From an uncultured Planctomycetota bacterium (GTDB lineage Bacteria; Planctomycetota; Planctomycetia; Pirellulales; Pirellulaceae), in contig CAVXOB010000004.1 in the NCBI GenBank assembly GCA_963763175.1, forward strand, positions 27,938-91,937: 64,000 nucleotides of DNA. The letters run 5' to 3'. Positions 58,456-64,000 of this stretch are shown here, piece by piece. Positions within the stretch are counted from its first letter, which is position 1, and every line of letters begins with the position of its first letter. A program made the position numbers and the translations under genes. The notes under the pieces were generated by a model. That model did no database searches and was not told the origin of the DNA. It saw only the letters and a list, made by a program, of their open reading frames with translations.

Positions 58456-59790
58456 TCACCGGATGATCTTGCACTTCGGCAACAACTTCTGGAGTTCCGC
58501 GCCCGTCGCCTCCGTGTGATTCAGGCGAAGTGTGGTGAGGTTCTTGAGCGGGGCCAGGTCCTTGAGCCCGGCGTCCGTCACATGCGTGGAGGACAGGTTG
58601 AGATTGGTGAGGTTCGTCAGCGGGGCCAGTTCCTTCAGCCCTGCGTCCGTCACATGCGTGCCGAGCAGTAGAAGTTGGGTGAGGTTCTTCAGCGGGGCCA
58701 GGTCCTTAAGACCCGCGTCCGTCACCTGCGTGCGAGCCAGGCCGAGACTGGTGAGGTTCTCCAGCGGGGCCAGTTCCTTGAGCCCGTCGTCCGTCACCTG
58801 CGTGAAGTTTAGTTCGAGTTTGGTGAGGTTCTTGAGCAGGGCCAGCTCCTTGAACTCGGCGCCCGTCACCTGCGTGAAATTTAGTTCGAGTTTGGTGAGT
58901 TTCTTGAGCGGGGCCAGCTCTTTCAATCCTGCGTCCGTCACCTCCGTATTGGACAGGACAAGGGTGGTCAGGTTCTTGAGGGGGGCCAGTTCGTTCAGCC
59001 CGGCATCCGTCACCTGCGTGCCGTTCAGGTCGAGTCTGTTGAGATTCTTGAGCGGCCCCAGATGCTTCAGCCCTATGTCCGTCACCTTCGTGAGGCCCAG
59101 GTAGAGGGAGGTGAGGTTCGTGAGCGGGGCCAGTTCCTTCAGCCCTGCGTCCGTCACCTGAGTTTTGTGCAGACCAAGCTCCTGGAGTTTCTCGAGCGGG
59201 GCCAGTTCCTTGAGCCCGGCGCCCGTCACCTGAGTATCAACCAACCAGAGTTTGGTGAGGTTCTCAAGTGGCGCCAGTTCCTTGAGTCCCGCGTCCGTCA
59301 CCTGCGTGCCGGACAGGTCGAGTTGGAGGAGGTTCTTGAGCGGGGCCAGTTCCTTGAGCCCAACATCCGTCACCTTCGCACCGGACAGGACGAGTCCGGC
59401 GAGGTTCGTTAGGGGTGCCAGTTCCTTGAGCCCCGCGTCCGTCACCTGCGTGCCAATCAGGCTGAGAGAAGTGAGATTCTTGAGCGGGGCTAGTTCCTTG
59501 AGCCTCGCGTCCGTCACCTGCGGGCCGGATAGGAAGAGGGTGGTGAGGTTCTTGAGGTGGGCCAGTTCCTTCAGCCCAGCGTCCGTCACCTGCTTGCCGG
59601 CCAAAGACACGGCAGAGACCGGTTTTCCGGGGGCCTTGTCGTCGCGGGCGATCCCGCCACCGAGATTCTTTAAGATCGCGACGGCCCTGTCTTCGGCCTC
59701 ATCCGCCCGCGCGGCAGGCCCCGCGACCACACCGGACACCGTCACAGCGATGGCCACAAGTCGGAACATGAGCATTTTCTGATTGAACAC
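58456..59790 (-). CDS. Secreted leucine-rich-repeat protein (about 15 repeats of 24 aa), paralog 2
   Basis: It has the same repeat unit as paralog 1. The signal peptide is MFRLVAIAVTVSGVVAGPAARA. The GTG start at 59790 is preceded by AGGAGA. The C-terminus is ELQKLLPKCKIIR. Confidence 0.8.
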   Translation of the reverse strand: MFNQKMLMFRLVAIAVTVSGVVAGPAARADEAEDRAVAILKNLGGGIARDDKAPGKPVSAVSLAGKQVTDAGLKELAHLKNLTTLFLSGPQVTDARLKELAPLKNLTSLSLIGTQVTDAGLKELAPLTNLAGLVLSGAKVTDVGLKELAPLKNLLQLDLSGTQVTDAGLKELAPLENLTKLWLVDTQVTGAGLKELAPLEKLQELGLHKTQVTDAGLKELAPLTNLTSLYLGLTKVTDIGLKHLGPLKNLNRLDLNGTQVTDAGLNELAPLKNLTTLVLSNTEVTDAGLKELAPLKKLTKLELNFTQVTGAEFKELALLKNLTKLELNFTQVTDDGLKELAPLENLTSLGLARTQVTDAGLKDLAPLKNLTQLLLLGTHVTDAGLKELAPLTNLTNLNLSSTHVTDAGLKDLAPLKNLTTLRLNHTEATGAELQKLLPKCKIIR

Positions 59791-60405
59791 GAGATTCTCC
59801 TGATCAAAGGTGAGATGATCTCCCCGGAACTACCCCCCGGGGGACGCCGGGCCAACGGTCTTCGCGTCGCGAATCGCTGCGTCGCTTACGGCCGAACGGT
59901 TGGGAGTCACCCGGTCGCATGATTATCTCGTTGCGAAAGTCTGACTAACTCGGCGCGCATTTCATGGTTCTCGACACAGGCACGAAAGTTACTAGCTAGT
60001 CTCTGTCCGGAAATTCAATGCCCGCGTTAAACGCCAGTTTTTTTGGCTCATCCGACCGAAGCGTGCGCGATGGTGACTGGAGGTTTTCTGAGTACTGTCA
60101 TATCCGGAATGGAAATTTGCGATCCGCGCACACATCCAGCGGCACCACCCGTAGGGTAGCTTTTTTGACACTCAAAGTCCACTGTTTGCCTGCCAGCCAG
60201 CACGGCTCGGTTAGCTGGGTTGGTTCATTCTCGCCACCCTGGTTAGATATCCGAAGCTCTGAGAGCCCCACACTGTCTCATCCGGCGTTTGAACCGCTAA
60301 CAGAGCATCTCACTCAAGCACGGGCTTGCTCAGCAGAGCGAGGCTCCGCCGATACCCTCGGCATGCGACGACGTTGCTAGTGTGCTTGGCAGCACGACAA
60401 GCAGC

Positions 60406-61986
60406 TTAAGACTTCAGAGCTTCGGACGGCTTCGATTCTAACGTATTCTCTGTCTTCACTCCAAGACGAATTAGTAAACCAATCAGCAAGTCGCCGATCC
60501 GTTGGGGACCACGACGCTTCTTAGCAGCAAGCTCCTCCAAAGGTTTCCCTTCGCTGGCGTAGGTGCTCTTGGGAAGCCACACAAACGCTTCGTTCATGTC
60601 TGCGATCATGCGATCCAAGTCGCTATGATGGTCAGCATGAAATTCACGTAGCTTTGACAAGATCGCTTCACGATCGACACCTTTGCCACGCCAAACCTGA
60701 CGGCCGCCGACCAACTGAAACACCATTCGCATCGCCCGGTTGGCGATCCGGCAATGACGGTCTCGGGGATCCACTTTCTGTTTTTCCCAGAATGCAGAGA
60801 GCCCGCGATAGTACGAGTGGCACTTGATTAGATTTTTAGCAACCATCATCGCCGCGCCGCGCAGGCGGCGATTGCTACTGCGGCTCAGACCACCCTGATA
60901 ATCGACCGTATCGCTCTGGTAACGTGATGGGTACAAGCCAGCTCGACCATTGATCGCCCGCGCACTGGCGTAGTGCTCGATTGGTCCAGCCTCACCGGCC
61001 AGACCGGCTGCCGAGACCACATTGATTCCCGTAACACTAAGCAGCAGCACGTACGGTGTTTTCACCAAAAACCTCGCCATTTCCCGCTCCGTCCGATTGA
61101 TTTGCTCGGTCAACAGTTCCCACACTTCAAGCAATCCCGACCACTGATCCGTCACCATGTCAGCGAGGCCTGTTGGTTCAGCAGCGGTCAGGGACCACGC
61201 AACGATCCGTTCGAGCGTTCGCTTTTGGAAACGAATTTTCTGCTGCTTCAGATGCTTCGCTAGCCCGTCCACATTGGCTTGCTTGATTGCGGCGGCTGAC
61301 GAGAACTTCTTGGCTAGCGGCATGGCAACCGATCCCTTAAAGAACTTATGTTGGATAAACAAGTCGTCGTATCCACGCATGCACTGATGCATCATGGTGC
61401 GAATCTGCACTTGTAGTTTGGCGCGTTGTTTAACGAGGATTCCTCGATGCCGCGTAAGTCGCTGTAGCGATTGGTAATTTTCATCGACTGGCAAGATCGC
61501 CAATCCGTAGCCATTGATCGCCGCATGAAAGATCGCTTCAAGATCATTGTCGTCGGTTTTCTCGTTGGGGTGAAGTGCTCGTCGGTAGTGCTTGGAGGCA
61601 AACGGATGAACCGTTCGCGTATCCATGCCCGCTCTGCGAAGCGACGCTTGAACTGGCTTGTGATAGACGCCGGTCATCTCCACTGCCGCGATTGAATCCT
61701 CGATCGAATGCTCCGTGAGTGCCTCTTTGATCTGCGCGTTCATCGCAGCCAAGGAGCCCGCATTGTGTTCAACCTCAGTAGGTTCGACGAGCACTCTGCC
61801 GTAGAAGTCCAAGAGCATCCATTTGGATCGACGTTTGGCACAGTCGACCGAGACGACACCGAAGTGAGACGGGCCGACAGCTTCGACCCGTTGCTGGATC
61901 ACGCCAGCGGGCTTGCCGACGTATCGCCGTGCGGGTGATTTTGATTTTGACGATTTTGTCGGACGTTTTTTTGTGGCTGTTGCCAT
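60406..61986 (-). mobile_element. IS110-family transposase gene (DEDD recombinase). The ends of the element are not defined.
   Basis: The start is at ATG 61986 (MATATKKRPTKSSKSKS...). The DEDD_Tnp_IS110-type N-domain shows VVSVDCAKR, AVEMTGVYH and KTDDNDLEAI. The Transposase_20-type C-domain shows LLLSVTGINVVSAAGLAGEAGPIEHYASARAINGRAGLYPSRYQSD. About 310 nt of non-coding DNA lies upstream and about 500-600 nt downstream. Confidence 0.9.
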
Positions 61987-62295
61987 GGTCGAGTTCCTTG
62001 ATTGAAGAAAAGTGAATTCCTTCAATAAAAGCACTCAGAATGCGCCGGGGGATAGTTTTTTGCTATCTTTGGTACATACCAGGCATAACTCAAGTGTCCA
62101 ATGATTTGTTTAATAAAAGCGTCCTCGGCGAATCGAAACTCGCCGAGAACCGTCGGCACCGTTGGCGCACCGTCGACCGGGATATCCCTTGTCAAGTTGC
62201 ACCTCTGCAGAGCTTGATTCCGTTTCTCCCGGCAGACCCAGTACAAGGTCCAGCGACAACTCGCACAAATTATCATTGGACGCTTGAGCCATGGA

Positions 62296-62975
62296 GTGCC
62301 GGGATAAAACCGGTTTGGAATCGAGAATGAAAGTTTCTTACGAGGAAGGTCTAACCAACTACTTCGGCCTCCGGCGGAGGTGCGACGAAGGTAACAACGT
62401 CGTGCTGAGCGTCCGTGCAGGGGGAAGCGTAGGCCAGCTAATTGAGCTCCGAAATCAGGTCTTCCATGTGCCGACCGTGTCATATGCGTCGGGAAGGCAA
62501 CACCAGCTACACCGCTTTGGTAAGGGTAGTCTGGACATGGCGGAGTCGAAGAACCTGTGCATGCGTGGAAAATTCCAAACGCGAGAACCGGGAAGTCCCA
62601 TTTGCCCCTGGGGTCAAGTCGTGATGACTCACTGCCAGGGCGACCAGCGAACCTCTATGAGCGCAATTCTGGTATGAACGCGGATGGGATGGCAGATGAG
62701 GCCGTAGTACCGTCGACGCGGGTGAACAAAGCTGCGACCGCAGTGGCGGAATCCGCCGAGGAAAGGGACCTCACTGAAGGGAAGTATTGCCGGATTGGCG
62801 TCGATGCTTCGGACTCTGAGCCGGAACAAGTATCAATTGGAGCGTCACGGGAAATCACGACGGGTAGCGTCACAGTGTGTCGCGATCGTTTGACCCAACG
62901 GAGGAGCCGTATGAGTCAAGGCTCACGTACGGATCTGTGCGGGGGGCGGCTGGCAACAGCCGTCCCTACCGCGAT
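62296..62975 (+). mobile_element. Group II intron RNA lacking an intron-encoded protein (ORF-less or IEP-deleted). The 5' boundary is uncertain.
   Basis: - Domain V is at 62904-62935: GAGCCGTATGAGTCAAGGCTCACGTACGGATC, versus the canonical GAGCCGUAU...ACGUACGGUUC.
- Domain VI is at 62939-62972: GCGGGGGGCGGCTG-GCAA-CAGCCGTCCCT-A-CCGC. It has a bulged A at 62968, 7 nt before a terminal ...GAT at 62975, which fits the AY 3' end.
- Upstream segments (GGCGGAGTCGAAGAACCTGTGCATGCGTGGAAAATTCCAAACGCGAGAACCGGGAAGTCCC, and a leader translating as ADEAVVPSTRVNKAATAVAESAEERDLTEGK) resemble bacterial group II intron domains I-IV.
- Candidate 5' ends are GTGCC at 62296 and GTGCG at 62380.
- No reverse-transcriptase ORF lies between the leader and domain V. 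Confidence 0.6.
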
Positions 62976-63161
62976 CCTTGAAAACCTCCGGCGCACCCTT
63001 CGGTCGGATGAGCCATCTTTTGTCCTGCGTGCGGCGTGGAGCTTGACAAGCACAATGACGATCGCAACTCCCCGAAATTGCAATCGACGTCAATCAAATG
63101 AGTTCTTGCCCCACGTTTCCGCTTCCCAAATCAGACACACAGGACACGTAATATCACGTGT

Positions 63162-64000
63162 TTACCGCTTGGGTCGTTGACCTTTGTCGAGCAGGACTTC
63201 CAAGCCTTCGTAAAGGTCGTCGGGGAGGGGATGCGGTGCGCGGACGACGTCCCCGTTGACCAATCTGCTGTGGGGAATCTCGAGATGATCCAGAAGAACC
63301 GCGAGGTGATCTTCGGCAGTGAAGATCTCATCGGGGACTTCATCACCGATCAGCCATTGGCAGCGAAAGACGGCCTCGTTGACCTCGTCCTTATTGGAGA
63401 GGCTTCCCATTGACATGTGAATCCGATCGGGAAGCAAAACATCACCGGATTTCTTCCAGTGATAGCGGGCCTCCAAAAAGTTCCAAGTATAGAGAAGATC
63501 CTTACCACTAAATCGGACGGGCATCCACTGATCGGCGGGACTGAAATCAATCCTGTATCGAAAGTTAGCGCTTTTGTTCGGCATATAGGCCCAATGACTG
63601 ATGATGGAACCGCCAGGTCCGAGGTCGCTTCGAATCAATCGAAACTCACGCATTGCTTGCTCGATTCCCAAGTAGTTATCCCGTCCCTCGAGTCCATAAG
63701 GCCCAAGAATATAATCGTCATAGGGATCATGGGCCCAAGCGTGTCGATTCCAGAAAAAATCTCGACGCTCGGTTTTGTTCATCCCTTCGGGCGGGATCTC
63801 ATACGGGCCATGGAGCAGCGTGGCCGTGTCGCGATATTTGGTCTTGTCCTTAATTTTGACGATTTCATCGCCTACTTCCGCCAAGTCCGGGAAGACAAGG
63901 TACATGGCTTTGAGATCAAAGTCGCGTTTCTGATCCACGACCCGAGCCATCACAATCGGATGAATCAAGAGGGGATTTGCCCGTGAGCCCAGAGTGACAT
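63162..64000 (-). CDS. Hypothetical protein (frame stays open to the window end, so possibly 5'-truncated here)
   Basis: The track ORF is 268 aa (63162-63968). The same frame continues without a stop to 64000 (VTLGSRANPLLIHPIVMARVV...). No family is recognised. Confidence 0.55.
   Translation of the reverse strand, partial: VTLGSRANPLLIHPIVMARVVDQKRDFDLKAMYLVFPDLAEVGDEIVKIKDKTKYRDTATLLHGPYEIPPEGMNKTERRDFFWNRHAWAHDPYDDYILGPYGLEGRDNYLGIEQAMREFRLIRSDLGPGGSIISHWAYMPNKSANFRYRIDFSPADQWMPVRFSGKDLLYTWNFLEARYHWKKSGDVLLPDRIHMSMGSLSNKDEVNEAVFRCQWLIGDEVPDEIFTAEDHLAVLLDHLEIPHSRLVNGDVVRAPHPLPDDLYEGLEVLLDKGQRPKR

Noticed and set aside
57530-59782. Several long plus-strand ORFs (57530-57913, 58532-59104, 59062-59412, 59252-59782) and a 72-nt periodicity that could suggest a repeat array or CRISPR
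   Set aside because: The periodicity is the coding repeat of the minus-strand LRR proteins, with no unique spacers and no cas genes. The antisense frames stay open only because each repeat unit lacks stops. Their products are Ser/Arg/Val-rich low-complexity repeats.
60018-60380. 120-aa plus-strand ORF in the non-coding flank of the IS110 element
   Set aside because: It has no motifs and an odd composition. The region is more plausibly non-coding IS DNA, possibly encoding the guide RNA.
62291-63180. ORFs 62291-62677 (128 aa), 62442-62624 (60 aa) and 62557-63180 (207 aa)
   Set aside because: These are translations through structured group II intron RNA (domain I-IV sequence, domain V and domain VI). 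None contains reverse-transcriptase motifs.
1-64000. Search for tRNA, rRNA and CRISPR arrays
   Set aside because: No T-loop/acceptor-like GGTTCGA contexts occur outside coding regions. There is no rRNA-like sequence. There are no short direct repeats with unique spacers. This was judged by eye only; tRNAscan-SE, barrnap and a CRISPR finder would be definitive.

Overview
The window is a chromosomal segment with gene content typical of Planctomycetota, most like Pirellulales. The taxon is an inference from a PSD1/DUF1549/DUF1553 cytochrome-c protein, a secreted sulfatase, an ECF sigma factor paired with a giant Ser/Thr kinase-WD40 protein, Tat-signal TIM-barrel isomerases and recurring palindromic intergenic elements.

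Gene order:
- 1-2.7 kb: arsenosugar operon (arsM, arsS and a TIGR04282-type glycosyltransferase).
- 2.8-5.9 kb: a 1029-aa secreted protein made of secretin-N-like domains with no secretin barrel.
- 6.0-9.0 kb: an MMPL transporter split by a 1-nt frameshift.
- 9-11 kb: a mobile-element scar with integrase, IS91 and Y1-transposase fragments and an iterated 14-mer.
- 11-29 kb: sulfatase, an Ntn (choloylglycine-type) hydrolase, an orphan ParA, an HTTM membrane protein, a family-4 UDG, der, a degenerate sigma-54-activator-like protein, a PSD1 protein and ahcY.
- 29.5-47.5 kb: the most interesting block, an orphan lipid-type biosynthetic cluster. It encodes FAAL-ACP, a type II thioesterase and a single fully reducing KS-AT-DH-ER-KR-ACP type I PKS. 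Downstream is a translationally coupled minus-strand operon (two Rieske oxygenases, two methyltransferases, an LplT-like MFS) and a divergent RND/HpnN/MmpL-like exporter.
- 47.6-57.2 kb: a TIM-barrel isomerase, a decayed kinase pseudogene, an ECF sigma factor, an intact 1398-aa kinase-WD40-TPR protein and four small membrane or secreted proteins.
- 57.3-64 kb: an accessory patch with two tandem leucine-rich-repeat paralogs, an IS110-family element and an apparently ORF-less group II intron with recognisable domains V and VI.

I found no rRNA, tRNA or CRISPR array. Homology calls come from motif recognition by eye. No database search was run.
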